From assembly GCA_963802945.1 (NCBI GenBank), contig CAWDKY010000017.1:288001-352000 (forward strand): a stretch of 64,000 nucleotides of DNA. The letters are read 5' to 3'. Origin of the DNA: an uncultured delta proteobacterium. Its GTDB lineage: Bacteria > Desulfobacterota > RBG-13-43-22. Every line of letters begins with the position of its first letter. Position 1 is the stretch's first letter. The position numbers and the translations under genes are program-made. Below, piece after piece: positions 1 to 10,177 of the stretch. A model generated the notes under the pieces. It had not been told where the DNA came from. It was given only the letters and a program-made list of their open reading frames with translations, and made no database searches.

Positions 1-3000
1 CTGTCTTGTCTTTATTCCCTTTTGACCCGTCCTGGGCCGGTTCTCCTGATTACCTCGATCCAGGCCCTTCATTCGGCGGTCATACCCAGGGAATTACTCT
101 CACAACAGGTGGATTATCTGGTCCGTAAAGAAGAAACAGCTCGGGAGGACCTCCTTTCTCAGTTGACCCGTTGGGGTTATTTAAGGACCCCTTTAGTTGA
201 AGGGCCGGGGGAAATCAGTGTCCGAGGCGGGATCTTGGATATCTTTCCCCCTCTCTACAGCCGTCCGGTCCGGGTCGAATTTTTTGGGGACCGGGTCGAA
301 TCGATTCGAGAGTTCAACCCCTCCACTCAGCGGTCAGTCCTTAATCTGGAAGAACTGGTTCTTCTGCCCATCAGTGAAATCATTTGGGACTCAGAAAGAA
401 TGCACTTGGCCGGCGAGAAGCTGAAACGGGCCTTGATTCAAGGTGTCATAGCTGAAAACGAGGCCTCCTGGCTTAAACACCGATTGGATCAAAAGCTTCC
501 TTTTGAAGGGGGTGAGCGGTGGTTGAGTTTGTTTTACGAAACACCGGGGTGTCTAAAAGACTATCTGCCGAACCATTTTCTTTTGGCCTGGAATGACCCT
601 TTGTCTTTGCAGAGGGCCTTTGAGGCTGAAAAACCAGAACCTAAGAAAAAATTTTGGGAATCCTGGCAGGATGTTCCGGGGATTTTCATGGAGGATCTGC
701 CTATAGAAACACCAGGTCTGATAACAGGTTCCCTTTGGACTTTACCAGCTCGGGATAATCAGGAAATCAGCCGCCTTATCCGTGAACAACCCTCGTCCAA
801 GGAAGCTATTCAACAGTTGGCTGCCTTCCTTTCCACCTGGAAAGAACTGGGACAGGAAATCTGGATCATTGTTTCTCAAGACTCTCAGGCCCGAAGACTG
901 CGGGAAATCCTGGCCTTCTATCAGCTCGAGGCCGCTTATTTCCCCGAGCAGAAGCCCCCCTTCAGCGGGCAAACTCCCGGGGTCCATATCCTGACCGGCC
1001 GGCTCTCGGCCGGATTTCGCTTGAAATCTCCTCCCTTGGTTTTTCTGACCGAGGAAGAGATCTTCGAACCTAAAAAAGAGATTCGAAAAAAAGGCCGCAA
1101 AGAGGATTTAGAGGCCTACATCACTTCTCTTGATGATCTGAAGGTCGATGATCTTGTGGTGCATAAGGATCACGGAATCGGCCTGTACCGGGGCCTGCAA
1201 TTTTTTAAACTGAACGGCTGGGAAGGGGAATTCCTTTTCATTGAATATGCCGAAGGAGACAAGCTTTATATCCCGGTTGACCGGCTCATGGGGATCCATA
1301 AATTTATGGGTTTGGAAGGGCAGGTCCCTTCTCTGGACCGTTTGGGCGGAGCGGGATGGAAAAAGGCCAAAGCCAGGGTTAAAAAGGCTGTGGAAAAAAT
1401 CGCTCAGGAATTGGTGGACCTTTATGCCCTTCGGGCAGTCAGCAAGGGTTTTGCTTTTTCCGGCCGGGACCAGATGTTCAAGGAATTTGAGGCGGCCTTT
1501 ACCTATGAGGAGACGCCGGATCAACTTAGGGTTATCGAAGAAGTGCTGGGCGATATGGAAGCGGAAAAGCCTATGGATCGTCTGGTGTGCGGCGATGTGG
1601 GCTATGGCAAAACTGAGGTAGCTTTACGGGCCGCTTTTCGGGCCGTACTGGATGGAAAGCAGGTCGCTTTTTTGGTCCCAACCACGGTTTTGGCCGAACA
1701 GCATTATCAGACTATGGCCCGGCGTTTTGAAGGCTATCCGGTTGAAGTCCGGATCTTGAGCCGTTTCAAGGGCCCCAAGGAACAAAAGCAGACCTTGGCC
1801 GATTTGGCGGCTGGAAAAGTGGATATCGTCATCGGGACCCACCGGTTGCTGCAAAAGGACATCCGGTTTAAGGATCTGGGATTGATTATTATCGACGAAG
1901 AACACCGCTTCGGGGTTTCCCATAAAGAACGGCTTAAGACCATGAGGACTCAGGTGGACTGTCTGACCCTGACCGCCACCCCCATTCCTCGCACCTTGCA
2001 ATTGTCCTTGACCGGTATCCGGGATTTAAGCACCATAGAGACTCCTCCGGAAGACCGCCAGTCCATCCGGACGCATATTATCCCTTTTGATGAAGCCAAA
2101 ATCGTGGAGGCGGTCCAGCGTGAACTTCAACGGGGGGGACAGATCTTTTTTGTCCATAACCGGGTCCACAATATCCAAACCGTTGCCTTTTTTTTAAAGA
2201 AGATCCTTCCCGGGGTAAGGATCGGGGTGGCTCATGGACAGTTGCCGGCAAGGGAATTGGAAAAGGTCATGCTTCAGTTTGTTCGGCGGGAATTGGATCT
2301 TCTGATTTGTACGACGATCATCGAATCCGGCCTGGATATCCCCACGGCCAACACCATCATTCTCAATCAAGCCGATCGGTTTGGACTGGCCCAAATGTAT
2401 CAGTTGCGGGGCCGGGTGGGGCGTTCGCGGGAACGGGCTTATGCCTACCTGGTGGTTTCCGGGGAAAGCAATTTGACCCGGGATGCTCAAAAACGTTTGA
2501 AGGTCCTGATGGACTTCAGCGAATTGGGGTCCGGGTTCAAGATCGCCCTTCACGATCTCCAGATACGCGGGGCCGGACATCTTTTGGGTACCAGTCAATC
2601 GGGGCATGTGGCCGCCGTAGGCTATGAGCTGTATATTCAGATGTTGGAAGAGGCCATTAACGAGTTGAAAGGCACAGGCCTGGTTGAGGAGTGGGAGCCC
2701 GAGATACGTCTCCCGATCCCGGCCTTTATCCCCGAGGGATACATCTCGGATTCCGGACACCGTTTATCATTATACAAACGATTGGTTTCGCTTAAAGCTG
2801 ATGAGGAATTAAAGGATATGCAAGGAGAAATGGAAGATCGCTTCGGGCCGATCCCTGAGGCCTTGACCAATCTGCTACAAATCCTCCGCATTAAACAGAT
2901 GATGCGACAAATAGGGATAGAACGGATCGAGACCATAGGAGATGATCTGGTTTTTTCTTTTTATCCCAAGGGGCCCTGGAAACCGGAGGGGCTGGTGAAC

Positions 3001-3132
3001 CTGATCCAGCAAGACCCCAACCATTATCGTTTTCAAGGTGAAGGGAAGCTTTGTGTTTCCTTTAACCAGCAGAAGCCAGACTTGACAGCCATTCAAGAGG
3101 TAATGGACCGGTTCAATTGGCTTGTGACCTGA
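1..3132 (+). CDS. mfd: Transcription-repair coupling factor (5' end outside window)
   Basis: UvrB-homology region, CarD/RID (VVHKDHGIG), SF2 helicase motifs GDVGYGKT, DEEH, TATPIPRT, QLRGRVGR and C-terminal TRCF domain; frame is open from base 1. Confidence 0.97.
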   Translation: MSCLYSLLTRPGPVLLITSIQALHSAVIPRELLSQQVDYLVRKEETAREDLLSQLTRWGYLRTPLVEGPGEISVRGGILDIFPPLYSRPVRVEFFGDRVESIREFNPSTQRSVLNLEELVLLPISEIIWDSERMHLAGEKLKRALIQGVIAENEASWLKHRLDQKLPFEGGERWLSLFYETPGCLKDYLPNHFLLAWNDPLSLQRAFEAEKPEPKKKFWESWQDVPGIFMEDLPIETPGLITGSLWTLPARDNQEISRLIREQPSSKEAIQQLAAFLSTWKELGQEIWIIVSQDSQARRLREILAFYQLEAAYFPEQKPPFSGQTPGVHILTGRLSAGFRLKSPPLVFLTEEEIFEPKKEIRKKGRKEDLEAYITSLDDLKVDDLVVHKDHGIGLYRGLQFFKLNGWEGEFLFIEYAEGDKLYIPVDRLMGIHKFMGLEGQVPSLDRLGGAGWKKAKARVKKAVEKIAQELVDLYALRAVSKGFAFSGRDQMFKEFEAAFTYEETPDQLRVIEEVLGDMEAEKPMDRLVCGDVGYGKTEVALRAAFRAVLDGKQVAFLVPTTVLAEQHYQTMARRFEGYPVEVRILSRFKGPKEQKQTLADLAAGKVDIVIGTHRLLQKDIRFKDLGLIIIDEEHRFGVSHKERLKTMRTQVDCLTLTATPIPRTLQLSLTGIRDLSTIETPPEDRQSIRTHIIPFDEAKIVEAVQRELQRGGQIFFVHNRVHNIQTVAFFLKKILPGVRIGVAHGQLPARELEKVMLQFVRRELDLLICTTIIESGLDIPTANTIILNQADRFGLAQMYQLRGRVGRSRERAYAYLVVSGESNLTRDAQKRLKVLMDFSELGSGFKIALHDLQIRGAGHLLGTSQSGHVAAVGYELYIQMLEEAINELKGTGLVEEWEPEIRLPIPAFIPEGYISDSGHRLSLYKRLVSLKADEELKDMQGEMEDRFGPIPEALTNLLQILRIKQMMRQIGIERIETIGDDLVFSFYPKGPWKPEGLVNLIQQDPNHYRFQGEGKLCVSFNQQKPDLTAIQEVMDRFNWLVT

Positions 3133-3235
3133 TAATTGTTCATTACTCCTAATTCAATGTTCAAGGTTGAAATTGAATTTGTATTAATCCCTCCCTCCCG
3201 CTTGCCGTTTGCAGCAGGTACCAACTCCATACTGC

Positions 3236-3263
3236 TTGACAACTTCAAATCGATGATTATCTT
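3236..3263 (+). promoter_or_regulatory. Probable sigma70 promoter for the Hsp20 pair
   Basis: TTGACA-N16-TATCTT upstream of a strong RBS (AGGAGGAG) and ATG 3296. Confidence 0.45.
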
Positions 3264-3295
3264 TTTCTAAAATTAAGGTTAAATGAGAGGAGGAG

Positions 3296-3763
3296 ATGAC
3301 GATGACTCTTTGGAGATGGAGTGCTCCTGGTGCCTGGGGTAACAACTTCCAGGAAATGGAAAGACTGCAAAAAGAAATGAGTCGTCTTTGGGGGATGGTT
3401 TCCGACAGCCCAACCAACGTTGAAAGGGCAAGGACCTTTCCGCCGGTAGTCATCAGCGAAGATGGAGAATACCTGTATGTAAGGGCTGAATTTCCGGGAG
3501 TGGAAACCAAGCAATTGGACCTTTCGGTGGTCAACGACCAGCTTATTTTACGAGGGGAACAAAAAACCACCGAGGAAGGTGAAAAGATAAATTATCACCG
3601 TCGGGAAAGAGAAGAAGGCATCTTCCGGCGAGTAATTACTTTGCCCTCCAGGGTGAATACAGACCGGAGAGAGGCAAAAACCAAGAACGGAATTTTAACG
3701 ATCAAACTGGCTAAAGCCGAGGAAGTCAAGCCCAAACCGATTCAGATTGAAGTGGGGCAATAA
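3296..3763 (+). CDS. Hsp20/alpha-crystallin small heat shock protein
   Basis: FPPV..E...YVRAEFPGV, RRERE.G.FRRVITLP, NGILTIKL motifs. Confidence 0.93.
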   Translation: MTMTLWRWSAPGAWGNNFQEMERLQKEMSRLWGMVSDSPTNVERARTFPPVVISEDGEYLYVRAEFPGVETKQLDLSVVNDQLILRGEQKTTEEGEKINYHRREREEGIFRRVITLPSRVNTDRREAKTKNGILTIKLAKAEEVKPKPIQIEVGQ

Positions 3764-3785
3764 GTTTTTTTGTGAGGTGAAGATC

Positions 3786-4187
3786 ATGACCGAAAAAGAA
3801 ATGCAATTTAGAGACAAACAGGAATTTAAGGGAACGGGAGAGACCACCAAAACCGGCTCGACCTTTATTCCGGCCGTAGATATCTTTGAAACCGAAGAGG
3901 CCTTGACCATGATGGCCGAGCTGCCGGGAGTCAGCCAAGAAGGATTACACATTGACCTTAAAGACAACCAGATCTCAATACTTGGGGAGGTGGAAGAACT
4001 TTCCAGTCCCCAGGAGCGGATTCTGCTTAAGGAATTTGAAACCGGGAGATTTTATCGGCAATTTAATTTGTCAGATGTTATTGATCAGAATAAAATCAGC
4101 GCTCACCTTAAGAATGGAGTTCTCAGGGTGGTTTTGCCTAAAATTGAAAAAGCCAAACCTCGGAAGATTGAGGTTGCGGTGGAATAG
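3786..4187 (+). CDS. Hsp20/alpha-crystallin small heat shock protein
   Basis: PAVDIFET, AELPGV, F.RQF.L, NGVLRVVLPK..KAKPRKIEV; ATG 3786 follows GAGGTG RBS. Confidence 0.93.
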   Translation: MTEKEMQFRDKQEFKGTGETTKTGSTFIPAVDIFETEEALTMMAELPGVSQEGLHIDLKDNQISILGEVEELSSPQERILLKEFETGRFYRQFNLSDVIDQNKISAHLKNGVLRVVLPKIEKAKPRKIEVAVE

Positions 4188-4282
4188 GAAAGTTACCTGA
4201 CAGGATTTATAGGATAATTAGTTTTACCCTTTCTTCTGGAAAGGGCAAAAATAGATGCGAATAATCCTATTGATCCTGTCTG

Positions 4283-4519
4283 CTATTTTTTAATAGGGGC
4301 GGGCTTGGGCACCAAAGCAGAAGGGGCCGGGCCCGTATTTTTTTTAGGGGCCAGGCTTCTTAGGTATTGTTTCATCTGCTGGTCGGCTTCAATGACCTCT
4401 TCCACAGACGGGCCGGAGATATTATAAGAATAGCCTTTTTTGTTGTCATGGGAAAGCCGGATCTGGAGGGCTGTGGTCAGGACCAAGGTGATTAGAACAA
4501 ATGATGATAGTGTTTTCAT
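4283..4519 (-). CDS. Small hypothetical exported/membrane protein
   Basis: 78 aa ORF with N-terminal hydrophobic segment and GAGG RBS; no recognisable domain. Confidence 0.55.
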   Translation of the reverse strand: MKTLSSFVLITLVLTTALQIRLSHDNKKGYSYNISGPSVEEVIEADQQMKQYLRSLAPKKNTGPAPSALVPKPAPIKK

Positions 4520-4540
4520 GGTGGTTGGACCTCTCTAACC

Positions 4541-5619
4541 TTATACTTTAAATTGTTCCCGAGCCATTAAGCTTGCCTCGGACAACAGAGATAAAAGCCG
4601 CTTGGCTGTTTGTTCGGAAAGGGTTCCCATCCCGCAAGCCGGGGTGAGCATGGCTTGCGTATATAATCGATCTCGATCGATCCCTTTGGCGATAAGGGTC
4701 TTAAAATAACCAGCCAACTGATCCAGAAGGACTGGGGCTGTTTCGTTTCCGGTGAAGTCGGAAGTTGGGATAAGACCCCAGGCCACGGCCTTTCCTTTTT
4801 CCAGGAATTCTTTGATCTCCTTGGGATAGAGCAAAAAAGAATTTCCGAAATTATAGGCATCTAAATTAATGATGTCCAGATCCAGGGAAAGAAGTAAAGC
4901 CCAATCGGTATTACCGCAGCAATGAAGCCCGATCAGGGTTTCGGCCTGCTCTCTTATCAGTTGTATTGTTTCCCCCAAAATTTTCAAGACCTCTTCTTTG
5001 GACAAGGGGGAAAAGGCCGAACCATAGCCGGCAAGCGAGGGTTCATCTAAAAAAATGATCGATTTGCGGTTTGGTCTTCAAATTTTTTTACCTGATAAAC
5101 GGCTTGGAAGGCCAGCCCTTTGACCACCGTATCCATCAATTCCGCATCGTGAATCAGAAAACGATCAGGGGACAATTTGACACTTAATCCCAGAGTGATG
5201 GGACCTACGATCTGCCCCTTGACATAACCAGCCGAAGGAGGAAGAGAGGGCAGGACCTCCAGCAACCGGTAAAAGCCAGCGGCAAATTCCGGAAGAAGGG
5301 AAAAGAAAGAAATGTCGGAGGCCAGAAATTTTTCATAAAAAAGGAGCAGGCTTTCCGCCCGGTTACAGTCCGGATCGTAAAAAAGCGTTTTCTCCGCCAA
5401 ATCGGGTTTGAGACAGGGCAGAGGGGGACTGTACTGGAGGACCATATCTTCCCGTGGATCCTTTTGAACCAATTGAGGCCAGAAAGGGATTAAAGATTCA
5501 TGAGACAGGATTTCCTGGCAGGCCAGTTCGGCAGAAAGAAAAGGTACGCTACCGATCCCTGTGGCGCTGAAGGGTTTCAGATCGTTCCCAAGGGTGTTCT
5601 TATTGCATTTTTTACCCAT
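4541..5619 (-). CDS. Core (catalytic-domain-only) cobalamin-independent methionine synthase, MesB-like; one frameshift near 5060-5075
   Basis: Joined ORFs give TGIGS.P, PFWPQL, KGQIVGPIT, DEPSLAGYGS, zinc ligands GLHCCG and LTPACG. Confidence 0.75.
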
Positions 5620-5720
5620 GTTGCGGGATACGGGTTGCGGGTTTGAAGAACTTTTTTTTTGACCTGTAATTCTTAACTTGCAACCCATAACAAGAAAGAT
5701 TTTAGATGAATTGGCCGGGG

Positions 5721-6281
5721 CTATTTGACCCTTTCCAGGTAATATCCGGTTCGGGTATCCACTCGGATTCGGTCTCCTTCCGAGATGAACAGGGGGACCT
5801 GGATGACGGCCCCAGTTTCCACTGTGGCCGGTTTATTTCCTCCGGTGGCCGTGTCTCCTTTAAATCCCGGTTCGGTGGCGGTTACTGTTAGTTCCACAAA
5901 ATTAGGCAATTCCAATCCCAGTGGTTCTTGATTGAAGTAAAGAAGCTTGATATTAATGTTTTCCTGAAGAAACTGGGCTTGATCCCCTATCTGGTCCTTG
6001 GGCAAATAAACTTGGTCGTAAGTAGCGTTGTCCATAAAGACAAAACTGTCCCCGTCCCGGTAGAGATACTGCATCTCTTTTTCTTCCATATTCGGACGTC
6101 CCACTTTTTCTCCGGAACGAAAGGTTTGATCGATGACCCTTCCATTGATCATATTTTTAAGCTTTGTTCGAACAAAAGCCCCGCCTTTCCCCGGTTTGAC
6201 GTGTTGGAAGTCAACGATCAGGTAAGGCTTTCCTTCCAATTCTATTTTAAGTCCTTTTCGGAATTCTGCGGTAGAATACAT
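5721..6281 (-). CDS. efp: Elongation factor P
   Basis: HVKPGKGGAFVRTKLKN, TFRSGEKV, VDTRTG.Y..R. Confidence 0.98.
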   Translation of the reverse strand: MYSTAEFRKGLKIELEGKPYLIVDFQHVKPGKGGAFVRTKLKNMINGRVIDQTFRSGEKVGRPNMEEKEMQYLYRDGDSFVFMDNATYDQVYLPKDQIGDQAQFLQENINIKLLYFNQEPLGLELPNFVELTVTATEPGFKGDTATGGNKPATVETGAVIQVPLFISEGDRIRVDTRTGYYLERVK

Positions 6282-6319
6282 AATACAGCCTAAAATACCT
6301 CCTACAGCGTGCTCACTTT

Positions 6320-6985
6320 TTAAAGCTTGTTTCCCTTCAGTTGAGAAAGCCAGTTGGTCAATGTGGACAGTACCTTGGAATCACCAAAGGCTTCTCTTAC
6401 CGTTTCTGCTTCGCTCTTGTTATTTCCCGTCGAGGAGAGCGATATTTCTTTATGTAACATTTGAGAATAAGTTTTGGTTTCCGGATCTCTTTGGGCTGAA
6501 TTTTCGACAACCGGGGTATCTGGGGCGGATTTAAGTTCTTCTTTGGGGAAAATGGGAGAGGCTAGGGATTCTTGTTTTTTTTCAGGGCCTTCTTCCGGAT
6601 ATTTTGAAAGGATTTGACTAAGTTGCCCTAACCATTCCGATAGGTTGTTTGGTTCATTCAGCTGAAAGTGTTTGGGGATGGATTCTAAGAGAGGGGCAAG
6701 TTGATTTAATTCCTGGGACACTGCCTTAATTTCCATCCAGGCCTTGTCCTTTTCGGAAAGATCCAAATAGGCCAGGGCCGATCCGATACGCAACCCCAGA
6801 TCTCCCGGGAAATAATTCAACCCTAATCGGCAGAGTTCAAGTGATTGTCTGGGTTTTTTTTGAGCCCTAAAAAATTGAATGGTAGCCATAATAAGTGGAT
6901 AAGAAGGCTCTATCTCTATGGAGAGAGTTTTAGCTCCCGAATGTTCTTTATCGGTGTTGCTTGAACTGGGTGTCAGTGACATTTC
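6320..6985 (-). CDS. Hypothetical protein with TPR-like N-terminal region
   Basis: Helical repeat-like segment (ELCRLGLNYFPGDLGLRI) and C-terminal L.TL..WL.QL motif; start uncertain. Confidence 0.6.
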   Translation of the reverse strand, partial: EMSLTPSSSNTDKEHSGAKTLSIEIEPSYPLIMATIQFFRAQKKPRQSLELCRLGLNYFPGDLGLRIGSALAYLDLSEKDKAWMEIKAVSQELNQLAPLLESIPKHFQLNEPNNLSEWLGQLSQILSKYPEEGPEKKQESLASPIFPKEELKSAPDTPVVENSAQRDPETKTYSQMLHKEISLSSTGNNKSEAETVREAFGDSKVLSTLTNWLSQLKGNKL

Positions 6986-7301
6986 GAGATGCCTCCTTGG
7001 AATGACCTTCGTCCAGGAAAAAGATGATTTCATCAGGTTTAACTAAACCGAATTCTCTCCGGGCGATTTCTTCCAGATAAATCGGGTCATTTTTAAGACG
7101 GGAAATTTCTCGATACATTTCCTCGTTTTTCATGTTCATTTTTTGATTGGCCAGGATCAGAGTCTCCCTTTTTTGGGCCAATTGTTTGATCCTTTGGACT
7201 TCTTGATATCCGTTAATAACCAAAAAGATAAAGCCAATGCCGAGGAAGAGTGTAAAAAACCAAAGGGATAAGCCTCTTAAGCGGCTAAAAAAGAAGTTCA
7301 A
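6948..7301 (-). CDS. ftsB: Septum formation initiator (FtsB/DivIC family)
   Basis: One TM helix, coiled coil, then L.NDP.YLEEIARREFGLVKPDE signature. Confidence 0.88.
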   Translation of the reverse strand: MNFFFSRLRGLSLWFFTLFLGIGFIFLVINGYQEVQRIKQLAQKRETLILANQKMNMKNEEMYREISRLKNDPIYLEEIARREFGLVKPDEIIFFLDEGHSKEASRNVTDTQFKQHR

Positions 7302-7645
7302 GTTTGAATGCTCCCCAACGCCATTAAAGCCCGGAATAGGATCAGCTCCTTTCCCGGGATTTCCAGATAACCGTCTTCCTGCCTTTCCCGGTAGTTGGGA
7401 AAAATATTATTTAATAATACACGGATATTTATTTAAAATCCATATTTATTTTTTTAAAACAAAACGTGTGCAAGGTCAAGAGAATTTATTGGGAAACTGT
7501 GTATTTGATTGGGAAAAGAAAATAGGCTATGATAAAAAAATCAAAGGTGAAAACAGGGTTCGAGTAGTTATTTTTTAAATGAAAAAAAACATTTCTCGTG
7601 AATCCTGAGGAGAAAATGAAATTTTTTGCTTGGAAAGGAAGATAA

Positions 7646-8320
7646 ATGAAAAAAGGATTAGGATTTGGAATTTGCATCGTACTGGGGACTATACTGTTGG
7701 TAAGTTCTGTTGCCCAGGAAGGCGTATTATGGGTACACAAATTTTCTGTAGGAAAGGGACCCGGCGGCATCCCTGAAGGATGGACCCTGGAGAAAAAGAC
7801 TGGTAACCCAGAAATAAAAGTTGAACAATCCGGAGATAATGCTTTTATACATTTCCGTTCCAACAACTCATCCTTTGGCTTAAAGAAAGAGTTAAAATTT
7901 GAACTTAAAAACTATCCCTATTTGAACTGGCAATGGAAGATCACTTGCCTTCCTGAAAAGGGGGATTTCCTTAAAAAGGATACCGACGATCAAGCGGCCC
8001 AGGTCTATGTTATTTTCCCACGGTTTCCTGAAATGCTGAATACGGAATTTATCGGTTATCTCTGGGAAAGCAATCCTAAAAACAAAGGTAAAGAGGGGGA
8101 AAGCCCGGCCTGGTCCAAGTCCAAGGTCATTGTCCTACAGGCCGGACCGGAGAAGTTGAATCAATGGATTCAGGAAAAAAGAAATGTTTATGAAGATTAC
8201 AAGAGGTTATTTAAGAAAGAGCCGCCTAAAACAGGAGGAATCTCCATCTATATTAATACACAGCATACTCAGGGCAGGGCGGAGTCTTACTTTAATCACA
8301 TTTATTTTTCCAAAAATTGA
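7646..8320 (+). CDS. DUF3047-family secreted protein
   Basis: Signal peptide; YPYLNWQWK, DDQAAQVYV, W..EKRNV.EDYK.LF, NTQHT pattern. Confidence 0.75.
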   Translation: MKKGLGFGICIVLGTILLVSSVAQEGVLWVHKFSVGKGPGGIPEGWTLEKKTGNPEIKVEQSGDNAFIHFRSNNSSFGLKKELKFELKNYPYLNWQWKITCLPEKGDFLKKDTDDQAAQVYVIFPRFPEMLNTEFIGYLWESNPKNKGKEGESPAWSKSKVIVLQAGPEKLNQWIQEKRNVYEDYKRLFKKEPPKTGGISIYINTQHTQGRAESYFNHIYFSKN

Positions 8321-8457
8321 AATAGGCAACAGGCATGAAGCAATAGGCGAGAGACTTGAGGCAGGGGGTAACTTGAACTTGCCGATTTGAAAATAGTGTC
8401 AAGAAATCCCCCTGAAAGAAGGGCTGGCCATTTTTATTAAATAATGTCCTTTAATTT

Positions 8458-9291
8458 TTACCTATGGCCTGTGGCCTGCTGCCTCGTGCCTGTCCTTACT
8501 ACTTCATCGACAATCTGATTAATGGCCTGAATTACGGCTGAATCTTCATGCCCCTGGAAATAGGGTCGGCCAGCATCGGCCTCCGAAACCAAATTGGGAT
8601 CAATGGGAATCCTGCCCAGAAAAGGAACCCCCCATTCCCGTGCCAGGGCCTCTCCACCGCCTTGTTTAAAAAGATCAATTTCTTGGTGGCAGTGGGGGCA
8701 GATCAGACCGCTCATGTTCTCGATCACTCCGACGATGGGCAGGGAGACTTTGTCTAAAAACCGCAAAGACCGGCGAACATCCTCTATAGCCACCTGTTGA
8801 GGTGTGGTAACCACAATGGCCCGGACATCGGGAATAGATTGGGCTATGGATAAGGGTTCGTCTCCGGTCCCAGGAGGGGCGTCAATAACTAAAAAATCCA
8901 AGGGTCCCCAGAGGACGTCCCCTAAAAGCTGCCGAATTGCCCCTCCTTTGCGAGGGCCCCGCCAAATGACTGCCGCATCCTGATCTCCCAGGATGGAAGC
9001 CATGGAAATGACCCTCAGGTTTCCATTATAGGCGATGGGTTTAAGAAAACCTCGTTCAGCGGTAACTTTTTGACCGGAAAGGCCCATCATTTTAGGAATG
9101 CTGGGGCCATGAAGATCGACATCCAGAAGCCCGGTCAAAAATCCCTGGTTGGACAGGGCAACAGCCAGATGAACGGCCACGGTGCTTTTCCCCACCCCTC
9201 CTTTTCCGCTCAGCACCAAAAGCTTGTTTTTGATCAAGGCCATGTTTTCTCGTATCTTGACCTTTTTTGCGATTTGATCCGGAAATTCCAA
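8458..9291 (-). CDS. Mrp/NBP35 (ApbC) Fe-S cluster carrier ATPase
   Basis: SGKGGVGKS, DVDLHGPS, WRGP, DAPPGTGDE, ENMS..CPHC. Confidence 0.93.
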   Translation of the reverse strand: MEFPDQIAKKVKIRENMALIKNKLLVLSGKGGVGKSTVAVHLAVALSNQGFLTGLLDVDLHGPSIPKMMGLSGQKVTAERGFLKPIAYNGNLRVISMASILGDQDAAVIWRGPRKGGAIRQLLGDVLWGPLDFLVIDAPPGTGDEPLSIAQSIPDVRAIVVTTPQQVAIEDVRRSLRFLDKVSLPIVGVIENMSGLICPHCHQEIDLFKQGGGEALAREWGVPFLGRIPIDPNLVSEADAGRPYFQGHEDSAVIQAINQIVDEVVRTGTRQQATGHR

Positions 9292-9319
9292 GGGGTCTCC
9301 TTTTATTAATGGAGGACGG

Positions 9320-10144
9320 TCAGTGACCGTTCGCTTTTTTGGACTTTAGCACCTCGTCCATACTGCCCGAACGAAATCCTTTTAGATCAAGGGTAATATA
9401 ATGAAATCCCAGAGCAGAAAGGCGGGATAGTAGATTGTTTTTCTTCTGTGTGTCGAAAAAAAGCTCAAAATCTTTTTCCGGGACCTCGATTCGAACCAGA
9501 GTATTGTGGACTCGAAACCGGCATTCGCTAAAACCCATCTGGTGAAGTACTTCTTCTCCCAGGGCCAACCGCTTGATCAAAGGCAAGGTAATGGGTTGGC
9601 CATAGGCGACTCTGGTGGCTAAACATGGGGATGAGGGCTGGTTCCAGGTGAGCAAATCTAAACTCCGGCTGACCTCACGAATTTCCTCCTTGGTCCATCC
9701 CAAGACAGCAAAGGGACTGATGACCTTGGCCTCCTTCGAAGCTCGAATCCCCGGACGATAGGTTTTCAGGTCATCGGCATTGGTTCCGTCAAGAAGGAAT
9801 CGAATCCCCATTTGCTTCAAAATCGGCCGGACCTGACGAAACCGGGATTGCTTGCAGTAATAACAGCGGGTTGGAGAATTTTTTCTAAATCTCGGATTCA
9901 AATATTCTCTGGTTTTCAGCCACTGAAGCCGGACCTTCAGTAAATCAGCCAGTTTTTGAATCCTGCCCCGTTCTTTAGCTGTCAACAAAGGGGAAACAAA
10001 AGAGACGGCCAAAGGGAGCTCAGACCAGGCTTCACGGGCCAGGTAAAGAAGCAGGGTACTATCCACACCTCCGGAGAAAGCCACGGCACCAGGCTGATAT
10101 TGTTTTAGATAGGAGGTCAGGGTTTGGGTCTTGGAGGCAGCCAT
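9320..10144 (-). CDS. larE: LarE-family ATP-dependent sacrificial sulfur transferase
   Basis: PP-loop AFSGGVDS, RCYYCK, DGTNADD..RPG, PSSPCLATR, GFRSGSMD. Confidence 0.88.
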   Translation of the reverse strand: MAASKTQTLTSYLKQYQPGAVAFSGGVDSTLLLYLAREAWSELPLAVSFVSPLLTAKERGRIQKLADLLKVRLQWLKTREYLNPRFRKNSPTRCYYCKQSRFRQVRPILKQMGIRFLLDGTNADDLKTYRPGIRASKEAKVISPFAVLGWTKEEIREVSRSLDLLTWNQPSSPCLATRVAYGQPITLPLIKRLALGEEVLHQMGFSECRFRVHNTLVRIEVPEKDFELFFDTQKKNNLLSRLSALGFHYITLDLKGFRSGSMDEVLKSKKANGH

Positions 10145-10177
10145 TCATTTCTTAAATATAGCTATTCATCATTCTAA

